This document shows positions 40,281 to 51,068 of a stretch of 64,000 bases of DNA, in pieces. Made by a program: the position numbers and the translations under genes. Source of the DNA: Leptospiraceae bacterium (GTDB lineage Bacteria > Spirochaetota > Leptospiria > Leptospirales > Leptonemataceae); assembly GCA_040217195.1 (NCBI GenBank), contig JAVJNR010000007.1, positions 64,001 to 128,000 on the forward strand, written 5' to 3'. Below the pieces are notes generated by a model. The model did not search any database, was not told the origin of the DNA, and saw only the letters and a list, made by a program, of their open reading frames with translations. The first letter of the stretch is position 1. Every line of letters begins with the position of its first letter.

Positions 40281-41030
40281 ATGAGAAAGAAATTCATAGC
40301 CGGTAACTGGAAAATGAATCTGGTGCCTAGCGCTGCAGGAAAACTGGCCCAGGAATTGAAATCCAGCCTTACAGGTTCAGAATCTGCTGAGATCGCCGTT
40401 TGCCCCACCTATGTGGCTTTGCCAGCGGTCCTGGATGTATTGAAAGGATCAGGAATCTCCGTCGGTGCTCAGGACATGCACTGGGAAGATCAGGGTGCTT
40501 TTACCGGAAAGATTTCCCACGATATGCTAACAGACCTGGGATGCACTTATGTAATCCTGGGGCATAGCGAACAAAGACAGTACTTTAATGAAACCGATGA
40601 ATCAGTGAACAAGAAAACCCGGAAAGCTCTGGAAAATGGACTGAAGCCTATTTTATGCGTGGGCGAAACACTGGAAGAAAGGGAAGCCAATAAGACCACC
40701 GAAGTGGTGGAAAGACAGATTCTTGGAGCACTTCAGGGAATATCAGATCTAAAGGATACGGTTATAGCCTACGAACCTGTCTGGGCTATTGGCACCGGAA
40801 AGAATGCAACTCCTGAAATGGCACAGAAAGTTCACTCCATGATCCGAGAAAAGCTAAACCAGATGTATGCAGGCAAAGCGAATGAAACTCGCATTCTCTA
40901 TGGAGGCTCTATGAAGCCAGACAATGCAGAGGGACTTCTTAAGATGGAAGATATTGACGGTGGCCTGATCGGCGGCGCTTCTCTGAAAGCAGATGCATTC
41001 TTCGGAATTATCAAGGCTGCAAATTCTTGA
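40281..41030 (+). CDS. tpiA: Triosephosphate isomerase
   Basis: AGNWKMN, GHSE, AYEPVWAIGTG, YGGS, LIGGASL. Confidence 0.98.
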   Translation: MRKKFIAGNWKMNLVPSAAGKLAQELKSSLTGSESAEIAVCPTYVALPAVLDVLKGSGISVGAQDMHWEDQGAFTGKISHDMLTDLGCTYVILGHSEQRQYFNETDESVNKKTRKALENGLKPILCVGETLEEREANKTTEVVERQILGALQGISDLKDTVIAYEPVWAIGTGKNATPEMAQKVHSMIREKLNQMYAGKANETRILYGGSMKPDNAEGLLKMEDIDGGLIGGASLKADAFFGIIKAANS

Positions 41031-43029
41031 TCTTTCTTTTTTCTTCCGCTTCCTGGCCCGGGCCTGAGTCCGATTCCCAGGGAAGCGGATGGAAGCTCAT
41101 ACTTCCGGTCATCTGATTTCCTACCCATAACCGATTATCATCGATTCCAAAAGATTGCATAGGATATAGAAATTCCCGGCCCAGGATTTCATGCATTCTC
41201 TGAGCCCAGGGTGCTGGAACCACGGTTCTGTAGAAACCGATTCTAGATCTATGGCTTGCTACAGAGAAGAGGTCCGAGTCAATGAATACCAGATTTACCG
41301 GACCATCCATAAGAATCAGAGTGTGAGCTTTTCCCGGGAAATCATTACGCCAGGATTCCATAAATGGCTGAAGCTGATTCCACTCCAGGGATGATTTTCG
41401 CAGATCCGCATGCAGCCAGAGAAAGAACCGATCCTCCTTATACTTCTTAAAGAGAGTTCTTGAATCGCGTAAAAACCCCAGGGCTGCATCCAGGTCGGTA
41501 GGATCAAGTCCACCCGTGGGCCTGCGGTCTTCTCCGGACTCTGAATCGCCAAATGGAATGGAAACCGGTTCTAGAATCTGGCACCCTTCATCCAGCCGCG
41601 AAGGATGAGTATGGTTGAAATAATCTCCATTGCCGGTACAAATAGTGCGAAATCCACGATCCACAAATTCGGAAAGCAAGGAACGATTTTCCGTTCTGGC
41701 TACTGGATCCGTTCCATGAAGCAGATTGCGCACGGCCCAGGAAATCTCATTGGAGCTCAGCACGGATAGCGCTGCAATTTGAGGTCTTGAAACAAAGGCT
41801 CTTTCTGGCAATACCAGAGTCAGTAATCTTTGCCCATCTACTTTTTCTATGTGTATACGATCCTGTGTTTCTGGATTTTCAATATCATCCTCCGGGCTAC
41901 GCAAAGTATTCTTTTCTTTTATTGAAATAAAGTCTGCGCGAATGGAAGGATTGGAGTCATCCGGATCATCACCGGGGTAGGAAGAATTTCCATCTCGATC
42001 TCTATCCAGGAAAGCAGCAAAGAAAGTTAACGCTTCGCCGGTTAGTGAACTCTTAAGCGCCGCCCTGGAGAGCGATCCGTTGTTCAGTACATAACTTAAA
42101 AGGATGAATTGTCCAACAAGAAGCGGCAATAGAAGGATTGCTGTTATATTTGAAGATTCTTTTCCTTCTGCATCCCGACTGAGCATGAGCCCGGAAACCC
42201 ACCAGTGCACCGCCAGGAAGATGGAAAGCAAAGACGGAATTTCACCGGGAAATGGTGGATACCAGGTTTCTATAGCAAAATGCAGGGCCACCATCCCCGG
42301 AATAAGGAAAAAGGCAAAATAAGACATTCCATAAGGCACCGGGAATGTTTCATACTCCGGCGACAGTGCAAGTCTTCGGCGGCTCTGAAGAAACAGGAAG
42401 ATTAGAAGCGAAAGTACCAGAGAATAAAGAGTGAACGTTGCATATTTCTCAAATCCGGAATCGGGCACCACAGAAGCCGGAAGTAACAGAAATCTAGCGC
42501 CCAGTACGGCGGCCAATAGAAAGGTTGCATTCATTCCCCGAAACAATGGAAATATGAAAATCAATGCCAGAAATGCAATGAGGGCCGCAGAAAGAAGCAC
42601 CGAGTGGACGGCCAGTTCCGGTAGAACTGGTCCCTCAGAAATTAGGCCGGACCATCGAATCAACGGCTCTGCAGTTAGCAAAAAGATACAGATCCCGGGA
42701 GAAGCAAAGTTCCAGAAATGCTCCACCCGAAGCAACAGTGCTCCCGGAATACGGACCAGCTGGAAATAGATTTCCAGAATGAGCCCTGCAAATAGTAGAA
42801 ATAGCAAGGAAATCAGAAGACCGGCCAGGGTCAGATTGCCGGTATCACCGGTGGGAGCCATATCGATACCCAGCCAGAAAGCCACTGGCAGGGAAGCGCC
42901 AAGCAGGGATAAACCCAGGGCTTTAAAAGTGCGGATAGCTCTTCCTTTTAAGATACCGTCGAATAGAAGTCTGGTTGAGCTAAGTTGCACCTTGGAGTCA
43001 TAATCGGTCTGAATCTGAATTTCCTGCAC
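41011..43029 (-). CDS. Polytopic membrane protein with DxDxDG motif and degenerate sulfatase-like C-domain
   Basis: About 9 TMs, DRDRDGN..GDDPDDSNP, FFLWLH. Convergent 20-bp overlap with tpiA. Confidence 0.55.
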   Translation of the reverse strand: MQEIQIQTDYDSKVQLSSTRLLFDGILKGRAIRTFKALGLSLLGASLPVAFWLGIDMAPTGDTGNLTLAGLLISLLFLLFAGLILEIYFQLVRIPGALLLRVEHFWNFASPGICIFLLTAEPLIRWSGLISEGPVLPELAVHSVLLSAALIAFLALIFIFPLFRGMNATFLLAAVLGARFLLLPASVVPDSGFEKYATFTLYSLVLSLLIFLFLQSRRRLALSPEYETFPVPYGMSYFAFFLIPGMVALHFAIETWYPPFPGEIPSLLSIFLAVHWWVSGLMLSRDAEGKESSNITAILLLPLLVGQFILLSYVLNNGSLSRAALKSSLTGEALTFFAAFLDRDRDGNSSYPGDDPDDSNPSIRADFISIKEKNTLRSPEDDIENPETQDRIHIEKVDGQRLLTLVLPERAFVSRPQIAALSVLSSNEISWAVRNLLHGTDPVARTENRSLLSEFVDRGFRTICTGNGDYFNHTHPSRLDEGCQILEPVSIPFGDSESGEDRRPTGGLDPTDLDAALGFLRDSRTLFKKYKEDRFFLWLHADLRKSSLEWNQLQPFMESWRNDFPGKAHTLILMDGPVNLVFIDSDLFSVASHRSRIGFYRTVVPAPWAQRMHEILGREFLYPMQSFGIDDNRLWVGNQMTGSMSFHPLPWESDSGPGQEAEEKRKIKNLQP

Positions 43030-43184
43030 AACAGAGCAGAATGGTGGTCAATACCCCCAGGGGGTTTTAAATTGATTGTAGCGACCAGTAAAACATGAGA
43101 AAAGGTCCCTCAAATTCGGTTGTCTTGACAGAGCCACTGTATGTCCTCCGAATTCTGCGAACCAATTCCCCACGGTAAGCCCAT

Positions 43185-43943
43185 ATGAAAAACGTAGATC
43201 AAGATTCATTTCAAACAGAAGTTATTGAGAAGTCCCGTTCGATCCCGGTGCTGGTGGATTTCTGGGCTCCCTGGTGCGGTCCCTGCCGCATGCTGGGACC
43301 GGTTCTGGAAAAACTGGAACAGGAATTCAATGGATGGCAGCTGGTGAAAGTCAATACAGATGAAGAACCTGGACTGGCCGGCGCCTACAATGTGTCCGGG
43401 ATTCCCCATTGTGTGCTTTTTAGCGGCGGTGAGCCCGTAGATCAATTCACCGGAGCCCTGCCAGAGCATATGTTAAAGGAATTTCTATCCAGGCATGTAA
43501 AGGATGAAGATATGCAAAAACTGGATGAACTGGCTCAGAGCGATCCGGTTGCAGCGGCCAGACAAATTCTGGAAATGCCATCCATCGGTCAGAATCACAG
43601 CCCAGTATTATGGAAGGCAGTGAAAGCAATGTTGCAGCAGGGAAACACAGATGACCTGAAAGAAACTCTAGAAGCCATCAATTCTGCCGAACTTGTAAAT
43701 GAAAAGACTGCGATTTTGAATGTACTCTCGAATGAGCCTTCCGCCGAAGATTTACAGAATCTTGGAAAACTCTCTGGAACCGAGAAAGAAATTCGTGATG
43801 TGCTTGACCGATTCATGGAATCTCTCGAAAGAAATAAAGGAAAGCAAGAAAAAGAGACATTGATCGCCAGCTTTCATCTGCTGGGTCAGAACAATCCCCT
43901 GGTAACCGAGTATCGCAAGAAAATGGCCAGGATTCTGTTCTAG
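43185..43943 (+). CDS. Thioredoxin-TPR chaperedoxin (YbbN/CnoX-like)
   Basis: VDFWAPWCGPC, IP, helical C-domain ending YRKKMARILF. Confidence 0.88.
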   Translation: MKNVDQDSFQTEVIEKSRSIPVLVDFWAPWCGPCRMLGPVLEKLEQEFNGWQLVKVNTDEEPGLAGAYNVSGIPHCVLFSGGEPVDQFTGALPEHMLKEFLSRHVKDEDMQKLDELAQSDPVAAARQILEMPSIGQNHSPVLWKAVKAMLQQGNTDDLKETLEAINSAELVNEKTAILNVLSNEPSAEDLQNLGKLSGTEKEIRDVLDRFMESLERNKGKQEKETLIASFHLLGQNNPLVTEYRKKMARILF

Positions 43944-44010
43944 TCCCCTGGCACTATTCGCAGATTGGAACCTCGCTAACCCTCCCTTCCATCCCAGGAG
44001 CAAAAGCAAT

Positions 44011-44532
44011 ATGGAATCGAACAACTCCTCAGCACTATCTATACTATTTGTTTGTCACGGCAATATTTGCCGATCACCGGCGGCTGAAGGTGCATTGCGT
44101 CACCTCATCAAAAGCCTGGGCTTTGAGAATCGAGTTAGAGTGGACTCGGCCGGTACCAGTGCCTATCACATCGGCGAAATCCCGCACCCCGATACACGAA
44201 AGGCCGCCGCAGAAGCAGGGATCAAGCTTGAACATCGCGCTCGTCAGTTCACTGCCTTTGACCTGGAAAGATTCGATTACATACTGGCCATGGACCGACA
44301 CAATTACGAAGATGTATTGGCTGCCGCGTCCAGCAAAGAAGAGCAAGACCGGATCTATATGTACCGTAAGTTCGATCCAGAGGTTGAAGGCTCCCGAATC
44401 CCCGACGTGCCAGACCCTTACTATGGCGGATTCGCCGGTTTCCGGGAAGTGCAATCTATTGTTGAGCGCACATCGGAGAGCATTCTGGAATGGCTTCGCG
44501 CAATGGAGCCTGTAGCTCAGCAACGGAAATAG
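44011..44532 (+). CDS. Low-molecular-weight protein-tyrosine phosphatase
   Basis: FVCHGNICRS, DSAGT, DPYYG. Confidence 0.95.
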   Translation: MESNNSSALSILFVCHGNICRSPAAEGALRHLIKSLGFENRVRVDSAGTSAYHIGEIPHPDTRKAAAEAGIKLEHRARQFTAFDLERFDYILAMDRHNYEDVLAAASSKEEQDRIYMYRKFDPEVEGSRIPDVPDPYYGGFAGFREVQSIVERTSESILEWLRAMEPVAQQRK

Positions 44533-44571
44533 TTGCCCGAATCCTCCCGTTTCTGAATTCTACCGGTAATC

Positions 44572-45303
44572 ATGCCGGAAGACACCCAACATGAGTTCCA
44601 GCTGCTCAGACAGGAGCAGGTGCGTTTGCTCAGAACTATCAATCATGATATAAAGAGTCCTCTGTATGCTATTAAGAGTCTCACGGAAATGTTCGCTGAG
44701 AATCCTGGTTCCTTTAATGCAGAAGAGCTAAACACTATGGCTGTGGAAATAAACCGTTCCGTTTCCGGGATGGGCGAAATTCTGGACAGCCTGCTTCGCT
44801 GGATGACCTATCAAAAAGAACGCTACGACGCCAATTTAGAAAGGCAGGACGTAGATGAACAAATATTTGCTGCCATGGGCCTGGTAAAACCGCAGGCAGA
44901 TCTAAGAAGTATTTCTATGGACTTTTCTGGTTCCGAGCAGATCGTCATAGGTATAGAAAAAGCGGTTCAAAAATGCATTCAGATACTTCTGGAAAATGCG
45001 ATCAAGTTCTCTCCTGATAATTCGAAAATTGAAATTCGCACCGAACCCGGATCGCAGCAAGGTTTAATTCGCATTCAGGTCCAGGATCAAGGCCGGGGAC
45101 TTTCCGAAAAAGCGCGGAACCAGTTGTTTAATCTGGAAGAAAGGATCGTTTCAGAAGGAGTGAGGGGCGAAAAAGGGGCAGGACTTGGACTACTAATGGC
45201 TCAGGACATTTTGAAACGCTCATCAGGGACCCTTGGAGCAGGAGAGGCGGAGCATGGCGCAATCTTCTATTTTGAATTACCTCTGGCTGGAGACAATATA
45301 TGA
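44572..45303 (+). CDS. Cytoplasmic histidine kinase without sensor domain
   Basis: HDIKSPL, NAIKFS, DQGRG, GAGLGL. Confidence 0.85.
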   Translation: MPEDTQHEFQLLRQEQVRLLRTINHDIKSPLYAIKSLTEMFAENPGSFNAEELNTMAVEINRSVSGMGEILDSLLRWMTYQKERYDANLERQDVDEQIFAAMGLVKPQADLRSISMDFSGSEQIVIGIEKAVQKCIQILLENAIKFSPDNSKIEIRTEPGSQQGLIRIQVQDQGRGLSEKARNQLFNLEERIVSEGVRGEKGAGLGLLMAQDILKRSSGTLGAGEAEHGAIFYFELPLAGDNI

Positions 45304-46202
45304 ATCATATTCGGATTTGCGAAGTGGGGCCCAGAGATGGTCTGCAAAACGAAAAGACTATTATTTCTGCAGAAGATAAGATTCGCTTCATAGAATTGCT
45401 GGCTGCAAGCGGCATAGAGGAGCTGGAATCTACCTCATTTGTAAGACCAGGAGTGATCCCTCAGCTTTCGGATGCAGAGCAGGTATTTGCCTCCGTCTCC
45501 CATTTACAGGAAACGCTAAACCTGCCGGTACTAGTGCCCAACGTAAAAGGTCTGGTACGGGCGTTGGAAGCTGGTGTGCGAAGCGTGGCAGTATTTACAG
45601 CTACCAGCAATACCTTTACTCAAAAAAATACCAATGCAACTGTAGATGAGAGCCTCAATAGAATTCGAGAAATCATGTCCGAGTTGCATGGAACGGCCAT
45701 ACGAGTTCGGGGATACATCAGCACTGTGGTGGACTGTCCATACGAAGGACTGCAGGATCCACAAAAATCCGCACAAATTGCTGCAGAGCTTCTGGAAATG
45801 GGATGCTTCGAGATATCTCTGGGGGAAACGATAGGTACAGCAGTTCCCTCGGATATCCAGCGTCTGCTGGAAGCGGTGCTCAAAATTGCGCCGGCCGACA
45901 AGTTAGCCGGTCATTTTCATGATACCAGAGGCACGGCGCTGGCCAATGTAATGGCCGGCGTGGATATGGGGATTCGATCTTTCGATGCAAGTGCAGGAGG
46001 AATGGGCGGTTGTCCCTATGCGCCCGGCGCTGCAGGCAATGTGGCCACGGAAGATGTAGTCTATGCACTTCATCGCTCGGGCTACAATACTGGAATCGAT
46101 TTAGATAAACTATGCGAAGCCACGTCCTTCATAGAGCAATGCGTTGGCCGGCCATCCACCTCCAGGGTGTACCAGGCTCTGAAAGCCTCAGCCCTAAAAT
46201 AA
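45300..46202 (+). CDS. Hydroxymethylglutaryl-CoA lyase
   Basis: EVGPRDGLQNE, HFHDT, GGCPYAPGA.GN.ATED. Confidence 0.93.
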   Translation: MNHIRICEVGPRDGLQNEKTIISAEDKIRFIELLAASGIEELESTSFVRPGVIPQLSDAEQVFASVSHLQETLNLPVLVPNVKGLVRALEAGVRSVAVFTATSNTFTQKNTNATVDESLNRIREIMSELHGTAIRVRGYISTVVDCPYEGLQDPQKSAQIAAELLEMGCFEISLGETIGTAVPSDIQRLLEAVLKIAPADKLAGHFHDTRGTALANVMAGVDMGIRSFDASAGGMGGCPYAPGAAGNVATEDVVYALHRSGYNTGIDLDKLCEATSFIEQCVGRPSTSRVYQALKASALK

Positions 46203-46265
46203 GCCCGGACTACGAAGGAAAAAGAAATCCTCCGCGATTGGTATTCGCATATTTATTGAAAGAAA

Positions 46266-47132
46266 ATGAAAACAGTACAGAGCATCAAAGAGATGAGAGA
46301 GTCCCTGAAGGATTGTAGGTTTCAGGGAAAGAGCATTGGACTTGTACCTACAATGGGATTTCTGCATGAAGGCCATATAAGTTTGATACGTCAAAGTCAG
46401 AAAGAATGCGACTCCACTGTTGTAAGTATATTTGTAAATCCCACTCAGTTTAATGACCCTTCTGACTACGAGAACTATCCTGTGGACTTGAAACAGGACC
46501 TGGATGCTCTGGAAAAGGAAGGCGTGGACTTTGTATTTCTGCCGCATCCGGATGAGATGTACCCTCCAGGCAGACTGGCGCTGAAGATGGCCATTCCGGA
46601 ACTAACCGGAAACCTTTGCGGCTTGCATCGGCCCGGGCATTTTGATGGAGTGCTTCTGGTGGTTTCGAAATTCTTCAATATAGTGCAGCCTCAGAAATCC
46701 TACTTCGGACTAAAAGATTATCAGCAATTTCTGGTAATCCGCACCATGGCCCGGGCTCTGGATTTCCCTCTGGAGGTAATCGGCTGCGAAACAGTTCGAG
46801 AAGAAGATGGACTGGCCATGAGTTCTCGAAATGCACGACTTTCCAGCAAAGCCAGGGAGCATGCAGCCTTAATCCCCAGAGCCCTGAATCTGGTGCAGAA
46901 GACACTGAATGACAGAAGAGGACAATATGCGGTTAACTGCAGAGAACTCTGCGAAATTGCCTGGGACGTCATTGAGTCCGGCACCCACAATAAAGTAGAG
47001 TACATGGAAATTGTAGATCCAGACAACCTGCAAAAGCTGGAGGAAATCCAGAAGGACCGGACTGCCAGGATCGCCACGGCTGTATTCTGCGACGATGTAC
47101 GTTTAATCGATAATCGACCTCTCCAATTCTGA
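46266..47132 (+). CDS. panC: Pantoate--beta-alanine ligase
   Basis: VPTMGFLHEGH, SIFVNPTQF, RPGHF, KDYQQ, GLAMSSRN, RLIDN. Confidence 0.97.
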   Translation: MKTVQSIKEMRESLKDCRFQGKSIGLVPTMGFLHEGHISLIRQSQKECDSTVVSIFVNPTQFNDPSDYENYPVDLKQDLDALEKEGVDFVFLPHPDEMYPPGRLALKMAIPELTGNLCGLHRPGHFDGVLLVVSKFFNIVQPQKSYFGLKDYQQFLVIRTMARALDFPLEVIGCETVREEDGLAMSSRNARLSSKAREHAALIPRALNLVQKTLNDRRGQYAVNCRELCEIAWDVIESGTHNKVEYMEIVDPDNLQKLEEIQKDRTARIATAVFCDDVRLIDNRPLQF

Positions 47133-47165
47133 TTGACCGATGTTTATTCTATCCCATGGTTCGCC

Positions 47166-48224
47166 ATGCGCTTGAAGACTATTCTAATCATTCTGGCAGC
47201 CCTGCCATTTATTCTGATTGCACTGTTCTTTCTGTACAGCTTTCTACTGAGCCCACCTGGATCAGGCCAGGATTTGAGTCGTGAAAGAGGTATACCGTTT
47301 CCGGCATTGATGGCCCACCGAGGTGCATCCGGTCTTGCTCCTGAAGAAACACGTCCGGCCTATCTGCTTGCCCGAGAACTGGGAGCGGATTACCTGGAAG
47401 CGGACATTCAGCGCACGAAAGATGGAGTTTTGATTGCTCTGCATGATGATGACCTTAGCAGAACCACAAATATCGAAGAAGTGTTTCCCGAAAGAGCCAG
47501 GGATACCGTGGATACATTTACGTATGCAGAACTCATGCAATTGGACGCTGGTTCCTGGTTCAACGAATCCCGTCCTGAATGGGCCAGGCCATCTTTTGTA
47601 GGTCTGAAGATACTGACCCTGGAAGAACTGATTGATATATCAGAAGGTGGATACCACAAACCAGGACTTTATCTGGAAACAAAGTCGCCAGAGCGATTTC
47701 CAGGAATAGAAAAGCAAATTGTAGATATGCTTACCCGACGAGGCTGGATTGGAAATGAGCAGCCAATCGAAAGCGAAGAGTCTTCTCTGGAAGAAACACC
47801 GCTGGATGCGCCGGATCGAGTTTCCGTTCGCAGTATGCCAGGTCGCATCATCGTGCAGTCCTTTTCCGTGGAAAGTCTGGAAATATTCAAGGAGCTTGCA
47901 CCTTCGGTTCCGCGAGTCTTTCTCTTCGGCCAGGAAACGGTAGAGCAAGCCGGCAGCTTTGAATCAGTACTGGAAGAAGCTCTGTCTGTGCAGGCCAATG
48001 CGGGCCCTTCTGGCTACATGGCCTGGCCCTGGTACACAAGCAAGATACATGCACGTGGAATGATCGTTCATTATTATACAATCAATCAATCCTGGCAAAT
48101 GTGGCTCATCAATCAATTTGGTGCCGATGGAATCTTCACAGATCGCATTGACCTGGCTCTGGATTACTTTGGACGCCTGGAAGAGCCCAACCTGGAAGAG
48201 TACTTCACCAGAATTGAATACTGA
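47166..48224 (+). CDS. Glycerophosphodiester phosphodiesterase
   Basis: AHRGASGLAPE, EAD, TKDG..HD, ETK, QSF, DGIFTD; N-terminal anchor. Confidence 0.93.
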   Translation: MRLKTILIILAALPFILIALFFLYSFLLSPPGSGQDLSRERGIPFPALMAHRGASGLAPEETRPAYLLARELGADYLEADIQRTKDGVLIALHDDDLSRTTNIEEVFPERARDTVDTFTYAELMQLDAGSWFNESRPEWARPSFVGLKILTLEELIDISEGGYHKPGLYLETKSPERFPGIEKQIVDMLTRRGWIGNEQPIESEESSLEETPLDAPDRVSVRSMPGRIIVQSFSVESLEIFKELAPSVPRVFLFGQETVEQAGSFESVLEEALSVQANAGPSGYMAWPWYTSKIHARGMIVHYYTINQSWQMWLINQFGADGIFTDRIDLALDYFGRLEEPNLEEYFTRIEY

Positions 48225-48233
48225 TCTTATCCA

Positions 48234-48265
48234 GAGAGCAGGAGAAATAAATACCTCCTGCTCTC
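48234..48265. terminator. Hairpin after the GDPD gene (possible terminator)
   Basis: GAGAGCAGGAG-N10-CTCCTGCTCTC; no clear U-tract. Confidence 0.45.
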
Positions 48266-48514
48266 CAACATGGCGCAAACAATTCGAAAACAATTCTATC
48301 TCAAAGCTGGTTAGAATTAGTTACCTTTAACTCGCCTCAATCCCTGCATCAAATACGCGAAACGAAGCGAAATGCAATTGCGATAAGCATACTGTCACTG
48401 ACTCGGGCAAGTTACCATGGGCAGCCATAGATCCTGGATTCTTACAGACCATCGATCAATATAGACTTTCGCATCCCCGAAATCGATTCATCATTAATAT
48501 TAGAAAAAAAGTCC

Positions 48515-48924
<410 letters not shown>

Positions 48925-48925
48925 A

Positions 48926-49522
48926 GTGAGTTTCCTAAAGACTACAGCCATTACCTTTGTACTGATCCTATTTTCTGCACCTGTACTCGCAGAGGAGCTG
49001 ACGCAGCGATCGAATAGTCCTGACATTATTCTTTCCAGTGGTCTCAGCGGAAAGACGCCTACAACTCGTGAAGGCTATTTCACTCTCAAATGGGAACTTC
49101 CGGAAGATTTTCAGTTAGTAGGGCCCGGCCAGGCCACCTCCCCGGACAGACTCGTTCTACTGGAGTCCACCCAACCGAATCTAGAAGATCCTGTGATTTT
49201 TCACGATGATCAGGATATGTCTGTAGCGATGAGTGGTAAGACCGATGGAGATCTATATTATCGGATTTTTCTTCTTCGCAAGGGGGATTCGCTAAATCAG
49301 GGTGGTGCAACCGCTTCTAATTGGAGCGCAGACGTTAACCGGGCTCTTTCGCAGTATGAAGGTTACACTTTAATCAGTGCATCGAACACCTACCATGTAA
49401 AGGTAGAACACTATTCCCTCCAGACGGCTTTTCTTTATTTTGGAATTGGAGCCTTCCTGTTTATCATCACAACTGCAGTGATCATTGTGGGCACTTATAA
49501 AAACAAAGAGGAGGAGCAATGA
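48926..49522 (+). CDS. Hypothetical exported protein with C-terminal TM anchor
   Basis: GTG 1 bp after the P-II stop, signal peptide (VLA|EE), C-terminal TM, ATGA overlap with the symporter. Confidence 0.75.
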   Translation: MSFLKTTAITFVLILFSAPVLAEELTQRSNSPDIILSSGLSGKTPTTREGYFTLKWELPEDFQLVGPGQATSPDRLVLLESTQPNLEDPVIFHDDQDMSVAMSGKTDGDLYYRIFLLRKGDSLNQGGATASNWSADVNRALSQYEGYTLISASNTYHVKVEHYSLQTAFLYFGIGAFLFIITTAVIIVGTYKNKEEEQ

Positions 49523-50940
49523 CCCCGGCTCTGGATCTACAGACAGCGGCTGTAGTGCTCTTGATTTTTAGTATTGTCTGGGTAGCTCTGGGCTACTTCT
49601 GGGGCCGAGGAAACTCTGGCCTGGATGATCATATGCTGGCAGGTCGGAAAGTAGGCCTCTCGCTGGCGGCCTGCACCGCCATGGCAACCTGGGTAACCAC
49701 CAATACAACCATGGTAGCCCCGCAGCTGGCATTGCAGATGGGGATCTGGGGAATGCTGGGATATTCCCTGGGTTCCGTGGGTCTTTTATTGTTTGCACCC
49801 ATGTCTTCGCGCATCCGTCAGCTAATGCCCACGGGCTATACCAGCGGTGATTTTTTTCGTCTTCGGTTTGGGCCCACTGGATGGAGAATCTTTCTGGTCA
49901 TCAGCCTGGCCTATAGTATGTTCTTTCTAGTCAGCCTGGGCATGGGCGGCGGCATCCTGATCGAGTCTCTTTCCGGTATTCCCTATCGCATTGGAATGAG
50001 TGTGATTCTTTTAATCTGTGTTCTATACACCATGCTCGGGGGGCTCAAGGCAGTCATCGGAACAGACTTCATTCAGACAGTGGTCATACTTACCGGTATG
50101 GTGGCAGTAGGCGCCATGGTAATTATGAGCCCCGGGCTGGACACAATTCACAGCGAAGTGATGGAGCGCAGACCTCAGCTGATGAATCTACTTCTGCCAG
50201 CCAGTATAATGTTCCTCTTTAACAATCTGCTATTTGGTATGGGAGAAATTTTTCATTCCAACATCTGGTGGAGCCGGGCTTTCGCATTTGGCAAAGGTGT
50301 GGGATTCAAAGCTTATTTGCTGGCCGGACTCTTCTGGGCCCCGGTACCGATTGCAGCAGGCTTTATTGCTCTGGCATCGGTGGCTATGGACATAAACATA
50401 CCTCAGCCAGATCAGGTAGGCCCCATGGTAGCCGCTGCCCTTCTGGGAAAGACCGGAGCCATTTTGATTTTCATTATTATTTTCTCTGCCCTGGCTTCCA
50501 GCCTGGATTCTCTTCTGGCTGCCACCAGTGATCTACTACTGGAAGATGTTTACAAAAGACATTTGAAGCCTCGGGCTACCAAGCAACAAATGCGCCGAGC
50601 AGCCAGCTACGTCACGCTTATACTAGGAATAACTACCTGGGCCATCTGTTTACCCAGAGTTACGAACCTGGTGCAAATGCTCCATGCCAGTGGCGCGCTG
50701 GTGGCCTCAACTATATGGCCCATTGTTGCAGGGCTTTACTGGAAAAAGACCAATCGCATAGGAGCTTCTCTGGCTATGCTTCTGGGTAGTGCAACAGGGC
50801 TTATAAGCTATTTCATGGTAGGTTTTTATGTAGCCGCTCTCACCGGAGCACTCGTTTCCTTTCTCATAACCGTAGGATCTACGTTGATATGGCCGCAACA
50901 GTTTTCCTGGAATCAGTTGGCCGAGGCATCCGAGGAGTAG
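49519..50940 (+). CDS. Sodium:solute symporter family protein (DUR3/PutP-like)
   Basis: AGRKVG, ATW, RLRFG, YTMLGGLKAVIGTDFIQT, SSLDSLLAA; about 13 TMs. Confidence 0.92.
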   Translation: MTPALDLQTAAVVLLIFSIVWVALGYFWGRGNSGLDDHMLAGRKVGLSLAACTAMATWVTTNTTMVAPQLALQMGIWGMLGYSLGSVGLLLFAPMSSRIRQLMPTGYTSGDFFRLRFGPTGWRIFLVISLAYSMFFLVSLGMGGGILIESLSGIPYRIGMSVILLICVLYTMLGGLKAVIGTDFIQTVVILTGMVAVGAMVIMSPGLDTIHSEVMERRPQLMNLLLPASIMFLFNNLLFGMGEIFHSNIWWSRAFAFGKGVGFKAYLLAGLFWAPVPIAAGFIALASVAMDINIPQPDQVGPMVAAALLGKTGAILIFIIIFSALASSLDSLLAATSDLLLEDVYKRHLKPRATKQQMRRAASYVTLILGITTWAICLPRVTNLVQMLHASGALVASTIWPIVAGLYWKKTNRIGASLAMLLGSATGLISYFMVGFYVAALTGALVSFLITVGSTLIWPQQFSWNQLAEASEE

Positions 50941-50945
50941 AGATC

Positions 50946-51068
50946 ATGTATTTATCGTTAACACTTTTTGAGATTCTGGTCTATGGTTCGCTGGCCCTCT
51001 GCGCACTTGCTCCGGTGGTCATGCTAATTCTTCTGGTAATAGACTTCATAAAGAAGCGAATCTGGTAG
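50946..51068 (+). CDS. 40-aa single-TM peptide, probable symporter accessory subunit
   Basis: Below the ORF-track cutoff: MYLSLTLFEILVYGSLALCALAPVVMLILLVIDFIKKRIW*. GAGGAG RBS; ATG 5 bp after the symporter stop. Confidence 0.75.
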   Translation: MYLSLTLFEILVYGSLALCALAPVVMLILLVIDFIKKRIW

